From Eledone cirrhosa (lineage: Eukaryota), in NCBI GenBank assembly GCA_964016885.1, contig OZ024741.1, positions 321,036,001 through 321,100,000 of the forward strand: a DNA stretch of 64,000 nt. The letters are read 5' to 3'. Positions within the stretch are counted from its first letter, which is position 1. Each line of letters opens with the position of its first letter. Below are positions 1 to 13,237 of the stretch, piece after piece. Below the pieces are notes generated by a model. That model was not told the origin of the DNA, did not search any database, and saw nothing but the letters and a program-made list of their open reading frames with translations. A program made the translations under genes and the position numbers.

Positions 1-435
1 CTGAAAAACGCAATAATCATCACCATTGAATAGTGAGCTCATTTTAATGAATTAATTATACAAGACATTAACTGTACATAATTAAGTTTGAACCGAGATA
101 CAAATCCACGTGTTGAATGTCGGGTAACTAGGCATGAACTGCTACAGTTCTGGTTAGTAGAAGGCAGGGGGTGCTAAAAATTGCTCCTCTCAAGCAATGA
201 AACACCTCAACCGTTATATTGAAAATATACAACATATACTATGTAAATCGATATATAAAAATATCGACTTGTTGATGAATAACCCCTCGATGCAAATTTG
301 GTGCTAACCTACCAAACCAGGGCCTCACATAGATATTGTTAACGGTACAACAATTTTAATATCTTGCATAAAAAACATTTAATCGATTAGAATAATGAAA
401 TATTACTTACTTTATTTACATTAGCAATACATAGT

Positions 436-480
<45 letters not shown>

Positions 481-2629
481 GAGAGGTATAGAGATTGTTT
501 TATATATATATATAGGTGAGACGTTACTAGTTAAGACCAATAAGACTAATATTGAACTTCGTACTTAAGAAACGTGATTTTCTGCCCTAAGTTGAAGCTA
601 TTTACCATTTCGACAACAAATCAGAAAATAGATGTAATTGATTTAATTTGATTGAAATCTATCCCTTCGGGGGCGTGGATATAATTTGATTGCCACGTCG
701 GAGGAACGTATCAGAAAGGAAATGTATAAAAAAGAAAACAAAAGGAGGTATTTGTTCAAAATTGACAAACGTGTACATTAGAGTATGGATAAACTGAGGG
801 AGATGAATAAATGAAGGAATATATTGTTCAAATCTATCTCTTTGGGGCGTGGTTTTGATTTGATTGAGAGATGGGGTAAATTATGAGAAATGGACTGTAT
901 GATGTGACCATTCACTTATAAAAAATGGACAAACGAATACATCAGAGTATGGATGAAGTGATGGAGAAGATAGGTAGAAGGAATGTATGGAAACAAAAGA
1001 TATGGAGGTTAATATCAGAAAGACAAATGTGGTAGCAATTCTTATAGCATTTGGTGAGATGGAAATGACATTAATATGGCCCTGATCACTGCGCCGGGCG
1101 TTGGACTGAACTCCGTTAATTGTACAGTATAGGCGTTGGATGAGTACATAAAAATGTGGTTGTGTAAGATGATTATTATATAATGTGGAATATGTATATG
1201 GGGAACTTTAGATTGAGGGGCTGTTGTGCTGGATCTTAGAGATGCCGTGAAATGGCATGAAAATGTTTTGTTACCTAATAGACATATTGAATGGAGAAGG
1301 CGAATCGGACTCGGTGACGGTAGCCAGAGTAGCATCGGAAACTGAATAGAAAAATGTACATGTGAGAGGTATTATGATTTATGGGGGCGAGTCATGGATA
1401 AATAATATGGAACAGCAAAGAAGGCCAGGGAGAACTGAAATGAGTATGGTCGGTAGATAAACAGAGTATCGTTCTGGGAGAGGAAGACAAACAGTGAATT
1501 GCGAAGAATGATGAGAATGGGGAAGACAAATTGAATGAGAAGGTTGGGCCATGTGTTAATAAAGGGTGGGTGTGACTGAATGAGAAATGTGATGGGAATG
1601 AATTCGAGGCTAGGGATGGCGAAGAAAGAAATGGATAAAGACAATGGAAGAGGAAATGAAAACCAGGGTTAGTGAGAGCTGTGCAGACGATATGTGGTAG
1701 TGGTGGTGGTGCTGATGGTGAAGGTAGTGGTAGTGGTGGTGGTAGTGGTGATGAGGCTGATGATGATGATGATGATGATGAGAATAACGTAGCAGAGAAA
1801 TATAAGAGAATGTAGACAACAAATATTCAAACATTAATGAAACTCTCACTTTGTTTTTATGTTTTTATGTTAGTTGATCTTGTATGTCATATCAATATTG
1901 GCTTGCTTCGCTTTTATGTTTGTTATCCTATTCTGTAGTATCGATATTGCTTAGGCCGTTAGACATATATATATTTATTGATGCGACGTAAAGAAACTTA
2001 CCGTGTTTTCACTAAGTTTTGTGTTATTTTTTCCGTCTCCCCTTTCGGCCTATTACACCAATATCGATAGAAATATGCAATCAAAGATGTTATCTTACCT
2101 TTTGATATGAAAATATTGCTGTCAAAATCTACAGAATTTGCTACAAACACTTACTAATAGACCAATATTCTAGAACACGGCTAAATTGCCGACGTGTGTT
2201 TTGTGTTTTAAAATATCGATAAGTCTTGTTTCAGTCGGATCACCTGCTTGATAAGCAGGTACTGATATTTTATAGGTAATAAATCAAATAAAACGACTAA
2301 ACATCAAATTTATGTCAGCGTGTTTGTGGTTTACGGAAGAGACAAGATATAAACATTCACAGGAGGCTATATTTGTATGTCTGCAGAATATACTACCAAC
2401 TTACCAAAATATAAAAATCGTAACCACCCTCTGGTAATGGTAAACGGTAGAAAGTACAGCAAATGCCCAGTGTGGTATATAAATTTCAATGCAAACATAA
2501 AAATCGTGCTTGTCTCATAGTAAGAAGTCGCTCGTACGATCATCATCAGTTAAATTAGTTGATCTCACCGTCGGGAACACCAGTGGCTTTACAGATGATT
2601 AAATATTAATTCGACAATGGTTTGGCACA

Positions 2630-2750
2630 AATGCTCCAGTTAGGGGAGAAATCTATGAGTAAGCATGTGTGGTGAGCCACATATATTCTAGCCATTAGAA
2701 AAAGCAAAATGGATACTTCACCTTCGATGGAGGGATGACTCAAAAAGAAG
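2630..2750. repeat. Dispersed repeat, inverse copy at ~33125-33235
   Basis: ggtgagccacatatattctagcc..tagaaaaagcaaaatg shared in opposite orientation. Confidence 0.7.
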
Positions 2751-2817
2751 ATATAATATATATGTGTGTGTGTGCGTATGTGTGTGTATGTGTATGTGTG
2801 TGTGTGTGTGTGTGTGC

Positions 2818-2886
<69 letters not shown>

Positions 2887-3022
2887 CTACATTCGCTACA
2901 ATGATCATAGCGTTAGAAAACCTACTACGGTCATTATAATGAATGTGTTTTTATTTTAACATTATTAATTTTAAATCACCCAAACGCCTCCAAATTTGGA
3001 AACTCTGCTTCGTAGAATCGAG

Positions 3023-3115
3023 ACGTATCTGACGACCTTGCGATTTCAGAGTGAGGTTCGATCATTACAGCAATCGTGCCTCGAGCTGGTCGCCAGAGAA
3101 ACGATTGTAATATGT
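3023..3115 (+). ncRNA. Type I hammerhead ribozyme motif with long stem II
   Basis: Stem I ACGTAT/ATATGT; core CTGACGA (3029-3035); ~60-nt stem II (GCGAT/GTCGC, TGAGG/CCTCG, CGAT/ATCG); GAAA (3098-3101); near-palindromic stem III CGATTG; GUA cleavage triplet. Confidence 0.7.
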
Positions 3116-3182
3116 GTAATATATTTTATTCGTCGCAACACTGATTCTCCGTTTCTTATGTGATATATATATATATATATAT

Positions 3183-3322
3183 ATAACGAAGGAAATGTGG
3201 TAAGGAACCAGATGGACCATAACGCACCAGAGTACTCAATACTTAGGGTAGTAGAGTGGGTAATAGGAAAATGTTTGACCTCGACGGCAGAGCTCAAGCC
3301 GTTTCGACGGCTATTTCTGGGC
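3183..3322 (-). repeat. 3' fragment of the U3-A8 HHR element family
   Basis: Reverse complement of ...agccgtcgaaacggcttgagctc...ccactctactaccctaagtattgagtactctggtgcgttatggtccatctggttccttaccacatttccttcgtt, which recurs at 11.8, 21.2, 28.7, 29.4 and 39.3 kb; flanked by (TA)n. Confidence 0.85.
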
Positions 3323-3681
3323 TACTATATATATATATATATATACAAATGAATATATGATAGGGATAAACACTGATACAAGTATACATGTGTTCGCATT
3401 ACAAATGACCAAGTTAGCTAGATTGAAAAATACTAATTAAAATAATACGGTTTGCCTGTCTCGATTTAAAATAATAAATCAATAAAAACAAACCTATATT
3501 GGCAATAGCCGTGATACCTGGACAAATTTAAATTTATATATATAATATATATATATATGCAAAGAGTTGTTGGTTATTCAACAAATTTAATTATAACAGT
3601 TTCGAAGCACTCTACAGTATTCTTCTGGAGTATAATATCAATGATATAAATAAATGGAAACTACCTTTATAAAACCATATT

Positions 3682-3742
3682 TATTTTATTATATATATTT
3701 CAAGGGTACCAACATTTTGGTACTCTCTCATCAGATAAAATA
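3682..3742 (-). ncRNA. Minimal type I hammerhead ribozyme
   Basis: Minus strand reads TATTTTAT-CTGATGA-GAGAGTACCAA aatg TTGGTACCCTT-GAAA-TATATA-TA-ATAAAATA; palindromic stem III; AUA triplet. Confidence 0.75.
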
Positions 3743-3919
3743 CAAAAGTTGTTTTATAAATATTGACATATCCAAAAAACAAAAACTTATCGTTTTAAGT
3801 TCTATTCAAACAGAACTTAAAACGATAAGTTCTTGTTTTGGGGATATGTCAATATTTATAAAACAACTTTTGTATTTTATCTGATGAGAGCGTATCAAAA
3901 TGTTGGTACCCTTGAAATA

Positions 3920-4687
3920 TCTGTATATATACATAAAGACGAAGTTTTCTGTATGTGTGTGTATGTGTGTGTGGACCATTTTTAATGCGGGCTCATATAT
4001 TCTAAACCATTCATGCGATTTCTTTGAATTTTTTACAGAACTCCTCCTTGCACAAAACCTGTACATGATCTACAAAGGCTTTCAAAAATCGATATTGGGG
4101 CCTTTGGAGACATTAAAAAAGTTTCGGTTATTTGTGTCAATTTTCGTGATTAAGTAAGACAATAGTTATCTTTAAGTAAGACAAGAGTTATCTTTCGTAA
4201 TTAGGCTCATTCAGATTTTAATTTACTCTTTGTACTTGAAACAAAAGGTACGCTTCCTTGTGACTAACAATATCATTTTGTATATTTCACAACCAGCAAT
4301 TTCTAACAGATTACTAAGTTAAGTTATAGATTTGACATTGTATAATTTATCCTTTCAAGCTTGATGTTCATACATTAAGTGATGTCAAAACTGTTACAAT
4401 ATTATGCTTTGTACATAATAGTGTCTATTATTCACTTCACTCCTCTATTTCATGATGCGCTTTTACTGTTGTCAAACAAATTTATACGTAGACTGGATTT
4501 CTGTTGTTACATGGTATAACGGATGACACCGAGCTCACATATCAATTATTTCGCTGGAATAGTGCCTAAGGTTTTCATGTTTACATAAAGTACGTTTTTC
4601 TTCTATGTATTCAAATTTACTTTGTTTAGTTTAGTGAGCTACATCGAAAGCTACTTGAACCGTCCAAAGGACGGGTGGTTTAGCTAG
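3920..4687 (+). mobile_element. Non-autonomous Helitron
   Basis: Begins TC(tgtatatatacataaa) and ends CTAG; subterminal hairpin CCGTCC-aaa-GGACGG (4660-4674); inserted between A and T with no TSD. Removing it restores gaaatatatataataaaa, identical to the other arm of the host hairpin. Confidence 0.85.
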
Positions 4688-4742
4688 TATATAATAAAAT
4701 AAATATGGTTTTATAAAGATAGTTTCCATTTATTAATATCAT

Positions 4743-4808
<66 letters not shown>

Positions 4809-5683
4809 CACATATAAGAGAGAAAAAATTACTCATTGCAGAAGTTACTGCCCTTACTACTGATACTCTACTCTGGATTTTTCTTAAAGAATTTTTTTTT
4901 ATTTTTTAAGTTTGGGATTCTGAGAATTCTTTGGATTTTAGTTTTTAATTTTTGACAATTTTCTGAATTTTGAAGAAAAAAGATTTTCTCAATTTCCCAC
5001 CACAAAGGGATCTGTGACAGACAGACTGAAAAAAAACACACAGACAAACACCATCACCCCCACCCCACCCACACGTGTTGCTAAAGGGACTATGACTATA
5101 CTGAAAACACACACCCATGTCTGTATTGTTATATATACACCTTCACTCTCTCTCTATATATATACACACACTCCCTAAAACCATATTCCAATAATAGAAT
5201 TTCTCCTGCTGCTTCCACAGAACTTACCTCTAACTTACAATACCCATCCCCTTTTGAACTCTTGACCAGTCAATTACCACAATCATATATATACACACAC
5301 AGGCTTTGAAGAAACACAACTACTGCTATCTTCTCTTACCACAAAATTTTGAGCAAGAAGGGTGGAAGAAAATTTACTCCAACATTTGATTTTAATTTTA
5401 AATCCTTAGTTTTAAACTCCTATTAATACTTTTTAATTTTTATTTCAATACTCAACATTTGATAAGATGGATTTTAACAATACATCGAAACCGGTAATTC
5501 TTCATATACTTTACATGCATTATAAAACGTTTTTTTAAAAAAGAATTGTCCCCCTCCCCTTTTTTTCAATAATGTTATCTTTTCAATAATGTCACTTTGA
5601 CGAATCAAAAAAGAAAAACAGACCCTTAAATATATTTTCCGTGCTATTTCCAACTTCACCTTTTCTCTATATATATATATATA

Positions 5684-5816
<133 letters not shown>

Positions 5817-5952
5817 CTGGAACTAGGTGTCAAAACAGCAAGAGCTCAGCCAACAAGTCTCGACTCCTTATAATATAACCATACTCTACTACCCCAAATA
5901 TCGAGTACTCTGTCGACTAATGGTATAACTAGTTCAAACTGAATCCATCATG

Positions 5953-6007
<55 letters not shown>

Positions 6008-6011
<4 letters not shown>

Positions 6012-6906
6012 AGTTAATATAAATTAATATATGATAAACACCAATATAAACATATAAGCGTTTGCATTGTAAACGACCAAGTTAGCTAGATTGAAAAATA
6101 CTAATTAGATTAATACAGTTTGCCTGTCTCGATTTAAAATAATAAATCAATAAAAACAAACCATATTGGCAATAGCCGTGATACCTGGACAAATTTAAAT
6201 TTCAAAATCAAAACCTGTTCCGCAGACAAATTTAAATTTCAAAACCCAAATAAGTTTCGCAACGATAATTTAAAAAAGTGAAAAATTCACGGCTCAGAAA
6301 TACTTCTTTCTTTGAGCTAATTAATTGTAAAAGACTGTTTGAGTTTATAACTCTAAATATAATATTTAACGGCTCCTGTTGTTGAGCTAAATTTTAATCC
6401 CATATAGAAAGCTGTTATTTCTAGCAGCATGAGTATGGGGCTAGCTAGGAGCTGGAAAACCACGTGCTTTAACACTTAACTACCAGTCCTACAAAAATAT
6501 TTCGAGGTGAAACATGCTAATTTCTGGATTCCTGTTGATGACCACAGGAATTGGATTTTTCACTTTTTTAAATTATCGTTGCGAAATTTATTTGGGTTTT
6601 GAAATTTAAATTTGTCTGCGGAACAGGTTTGGATTTTGAAATTTAAATTTGTCCAGGTATCACGGCTATTGCCAATACGGGTTTGTTTTTATTGATTTAT
6701 TATTTTAAATCGAGACAGGCAAACTGTATTAATCTAATTAGTATTTTTCAATCTAGCTAACTTGGTCGTTTACAATGCAAACGCTTATATGTTTATATTG
6801 GTGTTTATCATATATTAATTTATATTAACTTGTATTTCACGGCTCAGAAATGCTTCTTTCTTTGAGCTAATTAATTGTAAAAGACTGTTTGAGTTTATAA
6901 CTCTAA

Positions 6907-6915
<9 letters not shown>
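6008..6915 (+). mobile_element. ~550 bp retrozyme-like monomer (GGCTCAGAAA family) with 5' inverted partial copy
   Basis: ttcacggctcagaaa recurs at 6286 and 6836 (period 550); 6008-6285 is the reverse complement of ~6557-6834; degenerate HHR-like TTGATGA...GC-GAAA at 6531-6596; (TA)n flanks. Confidence 0.7.
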
Positions 6916-6983
<68 letters not shown>

Positions 6984-7187
6984 CGTTTCTGAATTTGTTT
7001 AGCAAGATACTTTATCTGAAATCGTGTGTTGAAACCGATATTGTTATACTTTGGGAGGGTCATGTTGCCAATAAGAAACACACGCACCAGTTGCTTTCAC
7101 TTCAATTTATTATAAATTTATAAATTTATAAATTTATAAATTTATGGTTGGTTGGTTGGTTTCACAACCAGATAGTTGTTTATATAT

Positions 7188-7232
7188 AGTCATAGTTCTT
7201 TCGTCACACACTCTGTGACCTCTTCAGTGACT
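7188..7232 (-). ncRNA. Minimal type I HHR in PLE 3' pLTR
   Basis: AGTCA-CTGAAGA-G-GTCACA gagtg TGTGAC-GAAA-GAAC-TA-TGACT; stem I AGTCA/TGACT; one extra nucleotide after the core. Confidence 0.7.
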
Positions 7233-7432
7233 GGGGATTCCTTTCTTTGTTTCTGTGCCTCTCCTTTGTTCTGTCCTACGCCATTTTGTTTCTGTGTGTG
7301 TGTTGTGTGCTCAGTCTGCGCATGCGCCACATCCGGGTGTCTGTGTGTGTTTATGTTCATTTATTTATTTGTTTATTTACATGTTACTGGTTGGTTGTTT
7401 GTTCTGTGTGTGTGTGTGTTTTCATTTTGTCC

Positions 7433-9287
7433 TTAATTGTAAGTTGTGATGTTGCTGTTCCACTCATATTTTCTATTTAATTTTGGTTGTAATTCTTTTA
7501 TGTTTATTGCCTCTGTAATTTGTCTAAACATTGCGTCTTTTCTGTGTGTAGATTCTATTTTTATTTCTATGTTCTCTAATTTACCCTTGTGTTCTATCTT
7601 AGCATGTTGGTAGAGTACATATGATTCTTTATTATCTTGAAGGTCTCGCCAGTGTTCATTTATCCGTTCCCCTACACTACGAGCTGTCTCACCTATGTAC
7701 ATTATATTTTTGTCTCTACATTGTCCTTCAGTACATCTTATGCTATACACTATATTTCTAGTTTTACAGTTAATATGGGGGCTTATTTTACAGGTTATAC
7801 ATTTCTTATCTATACATGAGGGTCTTTGAAAAGGGTATGTCTTGCTAATAAGTGTTTTTACGGAGGTACCTGGTCTTTCTACTATCTTAATATTGAGTTT
7901 ATGTTTATTTAGGGCCCTTCTAAATTTGTAAGCTAATTCACCTCTCGGGGTTGTATTGATGAACATTACACTCTGGTATTTATTGCTATCATACCATGAG
8001 TTTATTCTATTAGCCTTGTTCCTAGTTCTTTCTATTCTATTCCAAACTTTGCTCCTATACAAGGGGCAGGTCCCATTTATGTCATTATTTACCATTTTTT
8101 CCCATTTGGTTCTGGCTCCTCTATACACTCTGATTTTATCTCTCTGATTGTAGCCAGAGAACTGCATACGGTGGATGAAGTGTTGTATGTGTCTCTCTAG
8201 TTCTTCGGGGTTGCACATGCGGGACACATTTCTCATCACCCGTACCAAATCCGCAATCAGTATGTTGATTTTGGTATGGTCCGAAATGGCCGAGTTTCGG
8301 TGGATCAGATGTTTGGAAGTCATGGGTTTGGCATAATGGGAATGGAGGATTTGTTTTTTGTTGTTAATGGTATCTAACCAGAGCTCTGTGTCTAGTACAG
8401 GTAATCGATGGTTGGGGTGTTTACTTGGGTAGTCTATAGTAACTCTAATGCTCTGGTGGATGGAGTTTGCTATTTGCTGGATGCTTTCCATTGTGTTTTT
8501 CTCTAGTTCCTGACTGTTCTCTAGTGGGGGTGTCTTAACTACGATGTTTATATCATCTACATAGCGGGAGTACATTATCAGGGTTAAGGGGTCTTCTAAT
8601 TGTTCTTTAAGTTTAAGTTTAAGTCTACTGTCCCACCATACCATGAATAAGTTAGCTATGTCGCCTGCAATGCTAACACCAATGGCTGCTCCTTCCTCTT
8701 GGGCATATGTTTTTCCATTAAATTTGAACATATGTTCCTTAAGGGTTAGTTTTATGCTGGCCCCTACCGCATGTGCAATCATTTTCTTCAGTTCATCGTG
8801 GTTTTCGGGTGTCCGTATGGCTCTGGTCCACCCGTTCCATCTATCTGTGTGGGTTTTCTTGGCCATTGAGGTAATGGTAGGTGGTCTGCCTCTTGCTGGT
8901 CTTGTAGGGCACAGGTTGCTAAGGTCATATGTGTCTAGGTAACTATTACTATAGGTGAGCTTAAGTAGGAGTCCCAGCTCACTGGTATCAATCCCACAGA
9001 ACTCAACCTTGCTCTCACTGATCATTTCTACGCATTTCTCCACAGCAAAATCCACGTCAATAGATGGATACAGGGACACAACATCCATACTGCCTATTAT
9101 GCAGTTTGTTAGGTCCCCAGATCGGTTACTCACGCCGATTCTGCTGAGGAGGTCCTCCGTGCTGTCACATACATCTGGGGACATTTCAATGATGGGGCGT
9201 ATGATAAGGGAGAGGAAGTAGGACAGTCTGTAGTTACTAGCAATGTTAGCTCCACAGACTGGCCGTGTTGGTGGTCCCGTGACAGGG
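7433..9287 (-). CDS. PLE reverse transcriptase + Cys-rich linker + GIY-YIG endonuclease (N-terminally truncated, otherwise open; possibly Naiad-like clade)
   Basis: Motifs PPTRPVCGA, SMDVVSLYPSI, QEEGAAIG, RYVDD, LPVLD, CxxxxCxxC, VYSIRC...YIGETARS..ER..EH, EAINI...LN. The first codons of the called ORF (9288-9325) come from the inverted repeat. Clade assignment is tentative. Confidence 0.92.
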
Positions 9288-9744
9288 TAAGATAGTAGAA
9301 AGACCAGGTACCTCCGTAAAAACACTTATTAGCAAGACATACCCTTTTCAAAGACCCTCATGTATAGATAAGAAATGTATAACCTGTAAAATAAGCCCCC
9401 ATATTAACTGTAAAACTAGAAATGTAGTGTATAGCATAAGATGTACTGAAGGACAATGTAGAGACAAAAATATAATGTACATAGGTGAGACAGCTCGTAG
9501 TGTAGGGGAACGGATAAATGAACACTGGCGAGACCTTCAAGATAATAAAGAATCATCTGTACTCTACCAACATGCTAAGATAGAACACAATGGTAAATTA
9601 GAGAACATAGAAATAAAAATAGAATCTACACACAGAAAAGACGCAATGTTTAGACAAATTACAGAGGCAATAAACATAAAAGAATTACAACCAAAATTAA
9701 ATAGAAAATATGAGTGGAACAGCAATATCACAACTTACAATTAA
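9288..9744 (+). pseudogene. Duplicated GIY-YIG C-terminal fragment inside the inverted pLTR
   Basis: Near-identical inverse copy of the ORF 3' end (YIGETARS...EWNSNITTYN). Confidence 0.9.
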
Positions 9745-9849
9745 GGACAAAATGAAAACACACACACACATAGAACAAACAACCAACCAGTAACATGTAA
9801 ATAAACAAATAAATAAATGAACATAAACACACACAGACACCCGGATGTG

Positions 9850-9859
9850 GCGCATGCGC
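9850..9859. promoter_or_regulatory. GCGCATGCGC palindrome (NRF1/EWG-type site) in pLTR, next to CCGGATGT (ETS-like)
   Basis: Exact palindrome here, at 7318-7327, and in the unrelated PLE at 57325-57334; function is inferred. Confidence 0.4.
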
Positions 9860-9946
9860 AGACTGAGCACACAACACACACACACAGAAACAAAATGGCG
9901 TAGGACAGAACAAAGGAGAGGCACAGAAACAAAGAAAGGAATCCCC

Positions 9947-9991
9947 AGTCACTGAAGAGGTCACAGAGTGTGTGACGAAAGAACTATGACT
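9947..9991 (+). ncRNA. Minimal type I HHR in the inverted pLTR
   Basis: Identical to the 7188-7232 motif: CTGAAGA 9952-9958, GAAA 9977-9980. Confidence 0.7.
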
Positions 9992-10133
9992 ATATATAAA
10001 CAACTATCTGGTTGTGGAACCAACCAACCAACCAGAAATTTATAAATTTATAAATTTATAAATATATAATAAATTGAAGTGAAAGCAACTGGTGCGTGGG
10101 TTTCTTATTGGCAACATGACCCTCCCAAAGTAT

Positions 10134-10250
<117 letters not shown>

Positions 10251-10275
10251 CATATATATATAAATATATATATAG

Positions 10276-10962
10276 AGAGATTCTTTCCTTACTCACATTC
10301 CGACCAGGTCGGATGGTCTTTATTCTCTCTCGTCTACGATTTCACAGAACTTATGTTCATCGATTTCAGGGACTTGACTCCTTCTTCCTCACTTTTCGTT
10401 GCATTACCATCTTTGTTTGTTTACTGTCTCGCTCATTCACCCTATTTACGTGTCCCAACGACTTTCTTTAGCCGTTGCTCGCACCAACTAGAGGTATATG
10501 GTCTTTAAAGCTATGAAATACCAATGAAGGCTGGAAGATCACTGATAAAGGACTAAATTTATTCATTTGTAACCCATTTGCAACCAGGCAGCACGCCATG
10601 TTTTCATATTTTTCATATATATTTTCCTCCGCTGTGACCCGTCTGTTTCTTTCTTACTGCTTCCCCTTTTATCTGTATCTCTCACTTCCTTTTACCCCCT
10701 CTACCAGTCACTCTCTCTGTTAGCCTCTTCCTCACACTTTCGCTCACTCACTCTTTGCTACTCCCTCTCCTACTTCCTCCCGTTTGACCTGTGCGAGATT
10801 CTTTCCTCACTCACACTTCGACCAGGTTTGATGGTCTTTATTCTCTCTCGTCTACGATTTCACAGAACTTATGTTCATCGATTTCAAGGACTTGACCCCT
10901 TCTTCCTCCCGTTTGACCTGTGCGAAATTCTTTCCTTACTCACATTTTGACCAGGTTTGATG
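10276..10962 (+). repeat. Pyrimidine-rich element with internal direct repeats (~519 bp period plus a ~127 bp partial)
   Basis: gagattctttcc(t/c)..ctcac..gaccaggt..gatg recurs at ~10277, ~10795 and ~10924. Confidence 0.7.
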
Positions 10963-11093
10963 TTGTTACATCAGTATTAGTTATTTGTATTAAAACATTT
11001 GTAAAGTGTTAAAATATTATAAAAAGTCTATTTTATCAACTTAATTTATTATATATATAATTATATATATATATATATATAGGAACCAGTAAG

Positions 11094-11187
11094 ACCCCGA
11101 CGGCTGAGCTCAAGCCGTTTCGACGGCTAATTCTGGACTAAATGAAAATTTATCCTGGTATTTAAATAGCCGATCTTCTCAAGGGGT
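11094..11187 (-). ncRNA. Second (inverted) copy of the U3-A8 hammerhead
   Basis: Reverse complement of 11714-11807 with one loop difference. Confidence 0.72.
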
Positions 11188-11713
11188 AATTCCATATATG
11201 GTCAAAGTGATTGTCAAAAGTCAGTAGTAATTCTGTGATTGCAAATTACGTATGATTTACGTACTTATACCTCTTAAAAGGGTCCTAGCCTATTCCGTCC
11301 CACCTAGTTCATTTACTTATTTCGTTATTTCTTTATTTCTTTCTTTACTTCTTTCTTTCTTTATTTATTTATTTATCTAGCCTAACAATAGCTAGAGACT
11401 TAGGTCGTAGAACTTGCTTTACTTTTTTCTTTACACTTATTCGCTTTTCTTCACTCTCAGTATTTTTTCTTTCATATATATTTTTACCCCTCATTGTTCT
11501 ACCTACCGTTCCGACTTCCTCCCCCTCCCCCTCCCCAGTATCTTCTTTGACCTCATGCCCAGCTGTAGCTGGCACTACCAACGCTTGATTGGGTCTACTC
11601 CACCCCCTCCCCTCTTTCTCCTACTGGCTGGTTTAGCCACCATCTCCCCTACTAATTTGCAATCACAGAATTACTACTGACTTTTGACAATCACTTTGAC
11701 CATATATGGAATT

Positions 11714-11807
11714 ACCCCTTGAGAAGATCGGCTATTTAAATACCAGGATAAGTTTTCATTTAGTCCAGAATTAGCCGTCGAAACGGCTTGAGCTCAGCCG
11801 TCGGGGT
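11714..11807 (+). ncRNA. Type I hammerhead with U3-A8 core variant (UUGAGAA)
   Basis: Stem I ACCCC/GGGGT (extended GGAATT/GGTTCC); core TTGAGAA; stem II GA-T-CGGCT...AGCCG-TC; GAAA; stem III CGGC/GCCG with palindromic TGAGCTCA loop; GUC triplet. Confidence 0.72.
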
Positions 11808-12458
11808 CTTACTGGTTCCTATTACCCACTCTACTACCCCAAGTATTGAGTACTTTGGTGCGTTATGGTCCACCTGGTTCCTTACCACATTTCCTTCGTT
11901 ATATATATATATATATATATATGCATAAGTATATCTATCCGAGCATTAAACAAACTGACAGTTATTGTATGAGACATTTTGTACTAAAGGCATAAGTATA
12001 GTGAATTAGCATTATTTCCCTCAAATCCCGCCGAGGTTAACTTTGCCTTTCATCCTTACAGGGTCGATAAAATAAAGTACCAGTAATGCACTGGGTATTG
12101 CTGGCCTTGTGCCTAAAGTAGAAACAATTATTTCACTGTGAAATTATGTATGTTTCTATATCCTTAGTATTGTATTTGTTATTCTTTTTCATTGGGAGCG
12201 TAGAAGTATATATAAATTATAAAATAAGTAAATGTATTCATATTATGCTATTCAATTTACTGGTGCCATATCAATATGCGTACGAGTATGTGTGACTGTA
12301 AATTTTACCCTCCGTTGACCTTGCAGTTGTCAATAATGGACTGTCATTAAGTGCATAGAACTAATGATACATTCATAATTGTCTACCTTAAGTTCTTTCA
12401 TAAACACTCTTAGAGAAGTTAAAGATTTTAAATATGTGCCTATATATATATATATATA

Positions 12459-12555
<97 letters not shown>

Positions 12556-12870
12556 AAAGTTAAAGTTAAATTTTTAAATATGTGCCTATATATATATATG
12601 CATATATATATATGTGTATATATATATATATATGTGTGTGTGCGTGTGTGTGCGTGTGTGTATGTGTGTGTGTGTGGAAGAATGGATGAATGTTTACACA
12701 CCCACACCCACACACACATATATATATATTATGAAATACTGTGTGCTTCTTGCTCATAATAATTTCTATACTTTTCATTTATATATATATATATATATAT
12801 GTGTATGTATATATATATATATGTGTGTGTGTGTGTATATATATGTGTGTGGATGAATGGATGGATGTTT

Positions 12871-12918
<48 letters not shown>

Positions 12919-12922
<4 letters not shown>

Positions 12923-13119
12923 ATGAAAACGAAAATGCAACTGGAGTTTTTAGAAAAATATATATATTTATTTGGTTCCTTTATATATATTTCTTTATAT
13001 ATATTTTTTTAAATAAGACTCCAGTTGCCTTTTCGATTTCATCTTTTTTTTCTTTATACTTTCACTCGTGTAGGACGCCTCGGTTATTTTTCATTTTGTA
13101 AAAAAAACCTCACTTTCTA
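12919..13119 (+). repeat. Hairpin-plus-tail fragment of the family also found at 23150-23352
   Basis: aagatgaaa..gcaactggagt / actccagttgc..tttcatctt inverted arms, then tail ...gtgtaggac(g/a)cctcggttatttttcattttgt. Confidence 0.7.
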
Positions 13120-13201
13120 ATATATATATATAATTACACATATATAAATATATGTGTGTGTGTGTGTATATATATATATAATTACACATATATACATATA
13201 T

Positions 13202-13237
<36 letters not shown>

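Larger units (their letters stand above)
3560..4748. mobile_element. Hairpin (inverted-arm) PLE-type non-coding element with HHR, interrupted by a Helitron
   Basis: Left arm 3633-3805 is the inverse of 3812-3919 plus 4688-4748; short central loop; ~70 bp unpaired tail 3560-3632; (TA)n flanks. Confidence 0.75.
11080..11900 (+). mobile_element. Non-coding HHR element (U3-A8 family) with inverted 5' arm and 78-bp tail
   Basis: 11080-11248 is the inverse of 11653-11822; tail runs to ccttcgtt at 11900; (TA)n on both sides. Confidence 0.8.

Noticed and set aside
598-631. HHR-like CTGAT...GTC-GAAA-TG-GTA on the minus strand
   Set aside because: Core is incomplete and stem II is absent.
1040-1660. 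Possible ancient PLE RT remnant on the minus strand
   Set aside because: Only vague similarity; no motif could be read with confidence.
9288-9325. Start codon of the 630-aa PLE ORF
   Set aside because: Derived from the antisense of the inverted pLTR; the true N-terminus is missing.
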